Virus record (IMG/VR): IMGVR_UViG_3300002092_001784
Location: 96,001 to 160,000 of that record
From: a virus
Taxonomy: Duplodnaviria; Caudoviricetes
DNA: 64,000 nt
Direction: 5' to 3' (one strand)
A program made the translations under genes and the position numbers. Under the pieces are notes generated by a model. That model ran no database searches and was not told where the DNA came from. It saw nothing but the letters and a program-made list of their open reading frames with translations. Positions 1 to 7,976 of the stretch are shown piece after piece (the stretch's first letter is position 1; each line of letters begins with the position of its first letter).

Positions 1-81
1 CACGAAAATCAATTCAAGCTCGCCAATATCTAACTACTGCATCAAAACTGTGGATAGAGGTGAGCTTGATTTTTGTATTAA

Positions 82-619
82 ATGAGTTATATTATGAGAG
101 AATTATCTTTATTGGAAAGACGAAATGTTGCAAGATACCGTACTAATAAATCACAATGGATGTTTATATTACGAAATGGACACTGTAAGGAGACATATGA
201 TATGATGGGTATACCGGCTACGCTGGATGAATACGATGAGTATATCAAAACACATCCAATTTTACAGCAACACCTTCCGAAATCAGAAACGGAAGTTTTT
301 TAACTAACAGTTTGTTCATATGCTAGCATACAAACTATGTAGGTTACTTAAATCGGGTGAAATTACACCACTGTTTATCAATAAGGAAAAACGATTACCG
401 TTTAACGAATGGATGGATGCTGAATCACATCCCACCGATGGTTATAAACTCCGACCATTTTGGCATTGCACTTCACAACCAATAGCGCCACATCTTTCAA
501 AAGAAGGTAGGGTGTGGGTGGAATGTGAGATTGAAAATTTTACCGAATTTATAAGACCGGTACATCAGGGAGGTAAGTGGTATTTGGCAAATAGAATCAA
601 ACTAATAAAAATAATATGA
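82..619 (+). other. Two hypothetical phage CDSs (82-303, 320-619)
   Basis: Closely packed + strand ORFs; no recognisable motif. Confidence 0.6.
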
Positions 620-625
620 AAAGTA

Positions 626-657
626 TTTGGAAAATTCAAATATTTTTCGTATCTTTG
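626..657 (+). promoter_or_regulatory. Bacteroidota-type housekeeping promoter (-33 TTTG / -7 TATCTTTG). Similar boxes without the upstream repeat occur near 5697, 6181, 12896, 16578, 28482, 30705, 48476, 51828 and 58039
   Basis: tttggaaaattcaaatatttttcgtatctttg matches the established Bacteroidota primary-sigma consensus. Confidence 0.8.
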
Positions 658-699
658 TATTCAAATTAAATTTTTTAACAATTAAATTAAAAGTGTGTT

Positions 700-1395
700 A
701 TGGTAAAAAGTAGATTGTTTTTTGTTGGGATGCTGTTTAGTGCAGCAGTTTTGGTTACTTCTTGTGCATCGTTTCCTCAAGCAGAGTATGATGCCACAAA
801 AGCAGCCGTTAGTGAAGTAAAAACTGTTGGTGCTGATGTGTATGTACCGGAGGCTTTCAAATCGTTGAATGATTCATTACAGAGTGCAGAACTTAAATTG
901 AATGATGAAAAGGCGAAATGGTTTAAGACTTACAAAGATTCTAAAAAGAGTTTGGCAAGTGTAACCAACTTCGCAGCAGAAGTTAAAGCCAAAACTGAAT
1001 TTCGGAAAGCCGAATTGGTAAAAGAAAATCAGGCATTGGTTACTGAAATTAACGGATTGATTGCAACCAATGTTGAACTGTTAAAGGGAGCACCAAAGGG
1101 TAAAGGAGATGCTGAAATTCTTGTAGCAATTAAGACTGACATTTCAGTAGTTCAAACTTCCGTTACTGAAGCAAGTGGATTGAACACATCTGGTGATTTG
1201 CTTGGGGCAAACGGTAAACTGAAGGCAGCTAAGGAAAAGGCGTTAACAATTAAATCGGAATTGGAAACGGCAATTGAAAAGGCTAAACTTCGTAAGAAAG
1301 CCCACAAAACTGTTCACAAAAATCAACACCAATCCGTACATTCAGCAATCCATCACATCGCTCCAAAGGCATGGCGTAGGATTGTGGCGAAGTAA
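700..1395 (+). CDS. Lipoprotein with alanine/lysine-rich helical domain (DUF4398-like)
   Basis: Hydrophobic signal peptide plus lipobox VTSC; AEYDATKAAVSEVKTVGADVYVPE resembles DUF4398. Confidence 0.55.
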   Translation: MVKSRLFFVGMLFSAAVLVTSCASFPQAEYDATKAAVSEVKTVGADVYVPEAFKSLNDSLQSAELKLNDEKAKWFKTYKDSKKSLASVTNFAAEVKAKTEFRKAELVKENQALVTEINGLIATNVELLKGAPKGKGDAEILVAIKTDISVVQTSVTEASGLNTSGDLLGANGKLKAAKEKALTIKSELETAIEKAKLRKKAHKTVHKNQHQSVHSAIHHIAPKAWRRIVAK

Positions 1396-1428
1396 GGAAC
1401 TTCCACATTTATATATGTGGATTTAAGG

Positions 1429-1529
1429 AATTTGGTAGTAAATACGTCCGGCAGTTCCACTGTCTAAGCCGAAACGGTTATGGCACCTGAGACAGGATTA
1501 CGTTGTGGGTTCGAGTCCCACCCAAATTA
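1429..1529 (+). ncRNA. tRNA-like RNA with acceptor stem and T-arm but non-canonical core
   Basis: aatttgg/ccaaatt acceptor; gtggg-ttcgagt-cccac T-arm; three small internal hairpins. Confidence 0.55.
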
Positions 1530-1591
1530 CATTATAAATAATTAAACAATAAGTGTTATATCAGAAATAAAAATATGTAAAATTAACGAAT

Positions 1592-1849
1592 ATGAATGAA
1601 AAAATGGAAAAGAAAGATTTAATTATTACAGTATCAGGGCAATTTGCATCTGGTAAATCACGTTTAACATTCTTATTGAAGAAATTTTTACGTGACAATG
1701 GGTTTGATGTGGAATTTGATGGGAACATAGATCACCCAACAGAAAGTAATTTCGATAAACATATGAGTAAAAATTTTGATGAAGTGATTAACAGCATCAA
1801 AGAAACTAGAAAGATAACATTAAAAGAAGTGCAACTTGCTCGTGATTGA
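1592..1849 (+). CDS. Hypothetical protein with Walker-A-like segment
   Basis: ITVSGQFASGKS; protein too short for a full NTPase. Confidence 0.45.
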   Translation: MNEKMEKKDLIITVSGQFASGKSRLTFLLKKFLRDNGFDVEFDGNIDHPTESNFDKHMSKNFDEVINSIKETRKITLKEVQLARD

Positions 1850-1944
1850 AAACGTGATTAAATTGCACATAACGGAACGCAATTTTACTTAGGAACAATG
1901 AACTCACTATCAGTTAGTTATACTCATAAATTTTAATTCAATCC

Positions 1945-2000
1945 TTAACAATTTCTTAACATTAAAAATTTGGAAAGTTGATGTAAATATCGTATCTTTA
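1945..2000 (+). promoter_or_regulatory. Promoter with tandem TTAACA boxes (class P, copy 1)
   Basis: ttaaca-atttc-ttaaca...tttgg...tatcttta. Confidence 0.75.
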
Positions 2001-2025
2001 CTATGTAATCAATAAGAGATACGTT

Positions 2026-2448
2026 ATGAATAGACATTTGATTCCCTCCAGTTCGTTGGCCCCTGTTTTGAGTTCTGAAAAGAATAATAGTGGTGCTGAG
2101 TTTACGGTTGTTTCTAATAAAACCGGTAAGGATTACACTTACAAAATCGTTCGTTCGGAATACAACAATAAGTGGTTTACCCACGTGAAGGTTGAAACCG
2201 GCTATATGAAGTTTAAGAGATTGGGAACTTACTTTAATGGTAAGATTTTCAACAAAAGGGAGTTGGTTGAAACTCCATCGGCCGTTGCAATATCCTACAT
2301 TCTTAATAAAGTTGAGAAAGGTGATTTTGGTTCGTTGGATAAAAATGTGAAGGTAATGCATATTGGAAAGTGTTTGTGTTGTGGTAGACCACTCACTGAT
2401 GCTCACAGTATCGAAATCGGGTTGGGACCTGTTTGTGCTAATCATTAA
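2026..2448 (+). CDS. Phage protein with C-terminal Zn-binding DUF6011-like domain
   Basis: GKCLCCGRPLTDAHSIEIGLGPVCA. Confidence 0.6.
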   Translation: MNRHLIPSSSLAPVLSSEKNNSGAEFTVVSNKTGKDYTYKIVRSEYNNKWFTHVKVETGYMKFKRLGTYFNGKIFNKRELVETPSAVAISYILNKVEKGDFGSLDKNVKVMHIGKCLCCGRPLTDAHSIEIGLGPVCANH

Positions 2449-2467
2449 TAATCCGTAAACATAAATT

Positions 2468-2842
2468 ATGACAACGAAATTCATAAAAAATTATAAAAAT
2501 ACTTGGACTATAAAAAATCCAAAGATTAATATTTCCAAATCTGAGATTAGAGAAACGATTTCGGAAGTGGGAAAACGATTTGGTTATGATTACATACATG
2601 GAACTCCGGCCGATTGGGAATTTGAAGGGCCAGTTATTCCGGTTGAAATTGCTAATATGGAAGTTGAAGAATTTCTAAATGATAATTTCAAACCAATGGT
2701 GGAGGCAATTAAAAATCAATTTCAACTCATATCAGGTAAGCAGGTTTCTATAAGGGTAACTACCGATACTAAGAGTTGGAAAGAATACAATACAGTTGAA
2801 GTACATTATACAGTAGTCATTTTAGAACTTAAATTTAATTAA
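2468..2842 (+). CDS. Hypothetical protein
   Basis: ORF packed in the operon. Confidence 0.6.
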   Translation: MTTKFIKNYKNTWTIKNPKINISKSEIRETISEVGKRFGYDYIHGTPADWEFEGPVIPVEIANMEVEEFLNDNFKPMVEAIKNQFQLISGKQVSIRVTTDTKSWKEYNTVEVHYTVVILELKFN

Positions 2843-2843
2843 G

Positions 2844-3431
2844 ATGGAATTACGAACACTGCTAGAAAATGAGTTGAGATCAAAATTACAGAATTTTGCT
2901 CTATCTGAATCGTATGGACATCGTGCTGTTGGGGATAAGTTAGAATCGGACACTGCGTATGTGGCCAGCCAACTATTTAATGTAGAATTTGGTAATCCTA
3001 CAAGTAAAAGATCAATAGAAGATTTTAGTGTATTGATAAAAAATACATTACACATGTATGATGTGAAAACTCACTATATACAATCAACTGCTGGGTTCTC
3101 AATGCCTAATTTAATTTCAGTTAAACGATTAAAAAATGTTTTAGAAAATAATTTACAATCACTATGTTATATATTCATTGATTATAAGAGAGAAAATGGA
3201 TGGGTGTTGATTGAAGATATTCATATTAAATATGTATGGGAGTTGGATTGGTCAATACTAACAATCGGCTCTTTGGGAAAGGGGCAGTTACAAATCAAAG
3301 ATGCTAATAAAAAACTAATTTTTACTACAATCGGTAAGGATGCTTGGTTTGAAATATTGAAATTGAAAGTGAAAGAATTTTACCGAAAAGAACTAAATAA
3401 AATACAAAAAGAGACATTAGTATGGCAATAA
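2844..3431 (+). CDS. Putative PD-(D/E)XK Type II restriction endonuclease-like protein
   Basis: RSIEDF...YDVKT acidic/lysine motif; overlaps the start of the MTase gene by 10 nt. Confidence 0.45.
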   Translation: MELRTLLENELRSKLQNFALSESYGHRAVGDKLESDTAYVASQLFNVEFGNPTSKRSIEDFSVLIKNTLHMYDVKTHYIQSTAGFSMPNLISVKRLKNVLENNLQSLCYIFIDYKRENGWVLIEDIHIKYVWELDWSILTIGSLGKGQLQIKDANKKLIFTTIGKDAWFEILKLKVKEFYRKELNKIQKETLVWQ

Positions 3432-4300
3432 GATATTTTAATGAAACATTTGAAAATTCGGTTAATTATATACAAAACGCTTCCGTAGATTTATTATTCT
3501 TAGACCCACCATACTATATCAGTGGAAACAAAAAAAATATAAATTTAGAAACCGGTGATAGAAGTGATTGGGACTCACAATGGGAAACTAAAGATGAATA
3601 TTATAATTGGATTGAAACTGTACTAAAGTTAGGATATACTCAATTAAAAGATTATGGTTCTTTGTATTTGTGTATAAGTTGGCAACATTCTCCAATGTTT
3701 CATCTGTTGCTTGAAAAATGTGGATTTACAGTTCAAAACAGAATAACATGGAAACGAGATAAAGGTAGGGGTTCAAATAACAATTGGAAGTCTATGCATG
3801 AAGATGTTTTTTTTGCAACAAAGCATCCTAGCAAATACACATTCAATGTCAATGCGGTAATGATTGAAAAAAATGTAGTTGCCCCATATCGTAATACCGA
3901 TGGCTCTCCGAAGGATTGGTGGGTTGACGCCAATGGTAATAAAGTAAGATTGACATATCCGGGTAATATTTGGACAGATTTATGTGTACCGTATTGGAGT
4001 ATGAACGAAGTTAAAAGTTATGCAAAAACTAAAAAAACACCCAATAACTTATTTCAAAAACATAATACACAAAAACCAAAAGCTCTTGTGAAGCGATGTA
4101 TATTGGCAAGTACAAATGAGAATGATTTAGTTGTAGATTATTTTTCTGGTAGTGGAACTACTGCAATATCTTCTGAAGAACTAAATAGAAACTCAATTTC
4201 ATTTGAAATAAATAAAACATACATTGAAATATTAAAAACAAGAATTAATAACGAATTGCCAAATAATACTACAATAGATAATGATTTAACATTTTTTTAA
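3422..4300 (+). CDS. Beta-class N6-adenine/N4-cytosine DNA methyltransferase
   Basis: DPPY (motif IV) precedes HNTQKP and VVDYFSGSGTT (motif I). Confidence 0.9.
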   Translation: MAIRYFNETFENSVNYIQNASVDLLFLDPPYYISGNKKNINLETGDRSDWDSQWETKDEYYNWIETVLKLGYTQLKDYGSLYLCISWQHSPMFHLLLEKCGFTVQNRITWKRDKGRGSNNNWKSMHEDVFFATKHPSKYTFNVNAVMIEKNVVAPYRNTDGSPKDWWVDANGNKVRLTYPGNIWTDLCVPYWSMNEVKSYAKTKKTPNNLFQKHNTQKPKALVKRCILASTNENDLVVDYFSGSGTTAISSEELNRNSISFEINKTYIEILKTRINNELPNNTTIDNDLTFF

Positions 4301-4341
4301 CATTAAAAATTTGGAAATACCAAATAAAAGTTGTATATTTG
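4286..4341 (+). promoter_or_regulatory. Class P promoter driving the ncRNA/tRNA island, followed by boxA-like GTTCTTTGA (4349-4357)
   Basis: ttaaca-N5-ttaaca, tttgg, tatatttg. Confidence 0.75.
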
Positions 4342-4367
4342 TAATGTAGTTCTTTGAGAAGATAATT

Positions 4368-4469
4368 GGTCGGGTGGCGAAATTGGTAGACGAATAATCT
4401 CTTACATATAGAGATAAGAATAAGGCTGCAAGGCAGTACTTCATGCAGGTTCGAGTCCTGCCCTGATCA
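4368..4469 (+). ncRNA. tRNA-Leu-bodied RNA with enlarged anticodon/variable region
   Basis: ggtcggg/cctgatc acceptor, Leu-type D region tggcgaaattggtagacg, T-arm gcagg-ttcgagt-cctgc, A73; about 50-nt atypical core. Confidence 0.7.
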
Positions 4470-4477
4470 CAAAATAA

Positions 4478-4870
4478 ATTCGTAACCGATAGCAGGTGGG
4501 CAGTAGGGCTATCCGAATTAAAACAAATGGTATAACGATGAAATGATCAACTCGAGATAAGATCAGAGTAGTATGAAAGTAAACGAAGCCCGTGGTATCA
4601 ATCAAACACCTCTACGTGGTGATGCTAGAAATCCAGAAATGGAGCTAAGTTTGAACAGTTCAGTTAAAAAAAGTAAGATGGTTAAAGTTAGTCCAAGCTT
4701 TAACATTAGTGTTCAATGGATTAGAAAGGGAAATCTGTAATCAGTCGTAATGGGCTATGAGCTTACGTCTAATCGCTAATATTTAATCATCGTGACCCTA
4801 ATCTTATTATTCCTATAATTTAATTGATGGAGTATGAACGTTAGTTCAGTAATAAGAAAGGGTTCTAATA
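4478..4870 (+). ncRNA. Large structured ncRNA A (unassigned)
   Basis: No ORF; long-range stems aattcg/cgaatt, acgatga/tcatcgt, gaccct..tcttatt/aataaga..agggtt. Confidence 0.5.
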
Positions 4871-4872
4871 TT

Positions 4873-4996
4873 GATCAGGTGGCGGAATTGGTAGACGCTT
4901 ACAATATGATAAGGTGAACGAGAGGAGAACCGATAAGAATCAACCGCTTTTATATTATTCAGCTTCACTTAGCAGGTTCGAATCCTGCCCTGATCA
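4873..4996 (+). ncRNA. Second tRNA-Leu-bodied RNA with about 70-nt extended core
   Basis: gatcagg/cctgatc acceptor, tggcggaattggtagacgc D region, gcagg-ttcgaat-cctgc T-arm. Confidence 0.7.
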
Positions 4997-5001
4997 CATA
5001 A

Positions 5002-5065
5002 TCGACCATAAGAGGATTGGTAATGAGGAACACATTACAAGTGGTTGACAGCTCGGAAAGACGGC
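5002..5065 (+). ncRNA. Small RNA with stem-ACAG-hairpin(GAAAGA loop); possibly Flavo-1-like
   Basis: tcgaccat/gtggttga stem then cagctcggaaagacggc; related copies at 8339 and 52251. Confidence 0.45.
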
Positions 5066-5079
5066 ATTTGTTCTTTGAA

Positions 5080-5669
5080 AAAATAAACTCTTCTGCTTGA
5101 AGCAAAGCAATCTTAAAGACATCCATAACCACCATAAGAACGTTTGTTGGGTTAATAAGATAGATCATAGCAGTGATCGTTGTTTTGTGGAGAGATGATA
5201 TAACGTTTTATCAATTCCAATCTGCAATTGGACAGAAGAGTTTTTAAAATAGAAAGAGGAGACTGGGTTATATTTGATAATGGAGGCAATTCCTGGATAT
5301 ATCACACTCCTCTAAATAAACAGGCTAAACATTGAATCCTGATGTGAATTACTGCCCGTAGGGTTAATTTATAGGTACTGATATTGTGCCCTTAATTCAC
5401 ATAAAGATGTACACAGTAATGTGTAACGTGTTGTTCCCTTGAGAAAGGAATAGTTTATGTTCAGAGACAGAGGGTGTACCTTGAGTACCGACTCTCACCA
5501 ACACGAATGAGTTCTCAGCAAAAATGATTAATAAGGAACGAAGCAATCCCTTAATATACATAGTGAGGTATAGTTAATCATTGTGACCCTACTCTTATCA
5601 GTAGTTTAAGAAACTATCGCTCTGTTTTTTACAGGATGGAAAGGATTGATAGACAAGAGGGTGCTAATA
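5080..5669 (+). ncRNA. Large structured ncRNA B (one or more RNAs; unassigned)
   Basis: boxA at 5070; stems aaactcttctg/cagaagagttt, agaggag/ctcctct, gtgaatt/aattcac, aatgattaa/ttaatcatt; shares 3' module with ncRNA A. Confidence 0.5.
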
Positions 5670-5772
5670 AATAAATTGAAAAAAGTACAAAATTAATTTG
5701 GAAATGTGAAAAATTATTCGTATCTTTGTATAAATTAAAAAACTATATACTTATATATATATTAAAACATAC

Positions 5773-5850
5773 AGCAGGATGGACTGGAGATGGTCCCAGC
5801 TCGGTCTCATAAGCCGAATCACACGAGTTCGAATCTCGTTCCTGCAACCA
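5773..5850 (+). tRNA. tRNA-fMet(CAT)
   Basis: Cloverleaf; tcggt-ctcataa-gccga; mismatched 1:72 pair; encoded CCA. Confidence 0.85.
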
Positions 5851-5922
5851 TTAAAAAATTGATTGAAGCCAGCACCTAATAAAACCGAGTGCGTGAATAA
5901 ATAAAAAGCCGGACATCAATTT

Positions 5923-5978
5923 TTAACATTTTTTAACTAAAAAAGATTTGGAAATTAAAAATATTTTTCGTATCTTTG
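5923..5978 (+). promoter_or_regulatory. Class P promoter plus boxA-like GTTCTTTGA (5986-5994)
   Basis: ttaaca..ttaact, tttgg, tatctttg. Confidence 0.7.
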
Positions 5979-5998
5979 TAGTATAGTTCTTTGAGATG

Positions 5999-6155
5999 AT
6001 TATTGAAACAAGCTGGAGCTTGTAATGTGAAAATTGAATTAATTTAGGGGTTCATAACTCCTTCATCCAGCGGTGCAATACCGTAGTAACATTCAATGTA
6101 ATGTGGTTAATATTCAGAATAAGCAGATGATGGTTCAATTCCATCTTTCAATAAT
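5999..6155 (+). ncRNA. tRNA-like RNA: 10-bp closing stem stacked on a T-arm, about 120-nt core
   Basis: attattgaaa/tttcaataat; gatgg-ttcaatt-ccatc; internal gctgga/tccagc stem. Confidence 0.45.
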
Positions 6156-6257
6156 TATTTTTAATAAAATTACAAAAAGATTTGGAAATGTGAAAAATTT
6201 TTCGTATCTTTGTAAAACAAAATTAAAACATACGTTCTTTAATAGTATTTAAGATTT

Positions 6258-7131
6258 AAGAACTGAACAAAGCTTCGGCAGAGTGAAAGTTCAAGACGGC
6301 CGCCTATGGTCGTTAAATAAACTACGAAAGTAGGATAAAGTGAACCGGTGTGGTTTATACGGTTTGCGGTTTGATAATCGAAAGGTTGTTGAGCTCGAGT
6401 AGGCAATGGAAATATCATCGCTCCTTTAGTATTGAGGGTAACACTGTAAAGATGGTGGAGAGATGACTGGGCTAAGTAGATAGTCCGGTTGAGTTCGGAA
6501 GAACAATAAGAATAATTTCAAGGATTTATGCAAGAAATGGGAACTTAATCCCTTCTCACTATTGCGTGATTCAATATGAGAGTTGACTTAAAACCGAAAG
6601 GTAATGTAAGTATGGTGAATTGCCAGAATGTACAGGTGGTGCTGTTATTCCTTTCACTACAAAGTTTTACCAAAAGCTTTGAATACTTCAGTCCACTTAA
6701 AATGTGGTGTTAGGGATAACACATTGGGTAGTTTAGTATTCCGTTGTTCAAAAGGTAACGGAGCTGGTTGGCGAACCACTACCCGAATCCATCTACAAAC
6801 CAAAACTATTTGAAATATGGTTCAAAACTAAAAATCAAAAAGCAAAAGTGTTCGTCAGTTGCAAGCGAAAGGTGCGTACTTAGTAATGGGTTGTCCATTG
6901 CCATATGTAATAGCCAAAATCATATGATTCTAAGGAAAGACTTCTAACACCGCAAGTGCTAATCAGTTCGGCAGAATTGATGAGGTGTAATAGTTGGAGA
7001 GTAGTTTGTAACTCAAAGAGTGGTTCACTTAAATAACCCGCATTGAATCAATACCAGCCAAAAGCAGGTGGATAATAAGGGAAACAATAATCCTTATAAA
7101 GATGGTTCACATAAGCAAGTAATCTCATTGC
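6258..7131 (+). ncRNA. Probable GOLLD RNA (giant ornate ncRNA)
   Basis: About 870 nt, no real ORF, dense GNRA/UUCG hairpins, own promoter plus boxA, tRNA context. The 3' segments agcaaaagtgt, gcgaaaggtgcgtac, gagagtag..gtaactca, caaaagcaggtggata, gggaaac..taatcc..taaaga and gtaatctca match my recollection of the GOLLD 3' domain. Confidence 0.7.
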
Positions 7132-7143
7132 AAATAACAAAAC

Positions 7144-7212
7144 GCGGAAATCGTATAATGTAGTATCACAGGCCTCCAGCCTGTTGGTTGTGGACGATTC
7201 CACATTTCCGCT
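7144..7212 (+). tRNA. Atypical tRNA-Gly(TCC)-like
   Basis: gcggaaa/tttccgc, U73, acagg-cctccag-cctgt (C33), degenerate T-loop acgatt. Confidence 0.5.
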
Positions 7213-7251
7213 CACTTAGTTATGGTTCTATTAATTAAAAACCAAAAATTT

Positions 7252-7319
7252 GCGGTTTAAGTGTTACGGTAGCACAGGAACATTCCAGTTTCAAGATGGG
7301 TTCGACTCCCAAAACCGCT
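7252..7319 (+). tRNA. Atypical tRNA-Gly(TCC)-like
   Basis: gcggttt/aaaccgc, good D-arm and TTCGA loop; 6-nt anticodon loop attcca and 4-bp T-stem. Confidence 0.5.
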
Positions 7320-7355
7320 CTAAGATAAATTCAGTTCAGTAATGAACTAAAAATC

Positions 7356-7458
7356 TACGGTAGAAGTGGGTGATTGGGCGGGATACCTTAAATAAGATTC
7401 GCAACTTTCAAGTCCATTCGCTTTCACAATAGTAAATGTGAATATTGTGACTACCGTA
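7356..7458 (+). ncRNA. Three-way-junction structured RNA
   Basis: tacggtag/ctaccgta enclosing aagtgggtg/cattcgctt and tcacaata/tattgtga. Confidence 0.4.
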
Positions 7459-7496
7459 AAAATATTAAAAAAATAAAAACATAATACTTATATACA

Positions 7497-7622
7497 ATGA
7501 AAACCTTAGCATTACATACAAATTTGTTTAATTTACCACTCTATAAAAGCTGGTCGAATATTTGTGTGTTTAATTCAAGCATTCGCAAGAGTTCAGTTGA
7601 GGGAAGTAATTTATTTACGTGA
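7497..7622 (+). CDS. Putative leader peptide (41 aa, MKTLALHTNLFNLPLYKSWSNICVFNSSIRKSSVEGSNLFT)
   Basis: Short ORF right after the TACTTATA motif and just upstream of a terminator preceding a tRNA array. Confidence 0.55.
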   Translation: MKTLALHTNLFNLPLYKSWSNICVFNSSIRKSSVEGSNLFT

Positions 7623-7659
7623 CGTATTAGAAGATAAAAGAATACAAACTAACTAAATA

Positions 7660-7696
7660 GACCCTCTACTGATAAACAAAGTAGGGGGTTTTTTCG
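7660..7696 (+). terminator. Intrinsic terminator (attenuator 1)
   Basis: accctctact/agtagggggt stem plus U-tract. Confidence 0.8.
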
Positions 7697-7709
7697 TTTG
7701 TAACAATTT

Positions 7710-7780
7710 GTTTCTATGGTGAAATGGTATCACGACGGACTGTTAATCCGTGATTTATGGTTCGAGTCCATATGGGAACG
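7710..7780 (+). tRNA. tRNA-Asn(GTT)
   Basis: acgga-ctgttaa-tccgt; full cloverleaf. Confidence 0.9.
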
Positions 7781-7819
7781 CTAGAACAAAAGGTTCATTG
7801 AAATATTTGAGTTTGATTT

Positions 7820-7894
7820 GGGCATGTAGTTTAGCTGGTTGAAAATGTCTGGTTTACACCCAGAAGACCGTAGGTTCAAATCCTACCTTGCCTA
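7820..7894 (+). tRNA. tRNA-Val(TAC)
   Basis: tctgg-tttacac-ccaga. Confidence 0.9.
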
Positions 7895-7904
7895 CATATA
7901 ATAT

Positions 7905-7971
7905 GCCGACGAACAGGAATAAGCCGGGTCTGTAAAACCCTAGCTCGAGGTTTCGATCACCTCCGGCGGCA
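7905..7971 (+). tRNA. Minimal tRNA-Tyr(GTA)-like (reduced D-arm, no long variable arm)
   Basis: gccgacg/cggcggc, gggt-ctgtaaa-accc, gaggt-ttcgatc-acctc, A73. Confidence 0.6.
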
Positions 7972-7976
7972 CAATT

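Noticed and set aside
4368-4996. Group I introns in tRNA-Leu
   Set aside because: Inserts are only about 50-70 nt and no P7 core sequences were recognisable
4478-6155. tmRNA
   Set aside because: No GGGGC 5' end, no G3:U70 Ala acceptor and no tag reading frame
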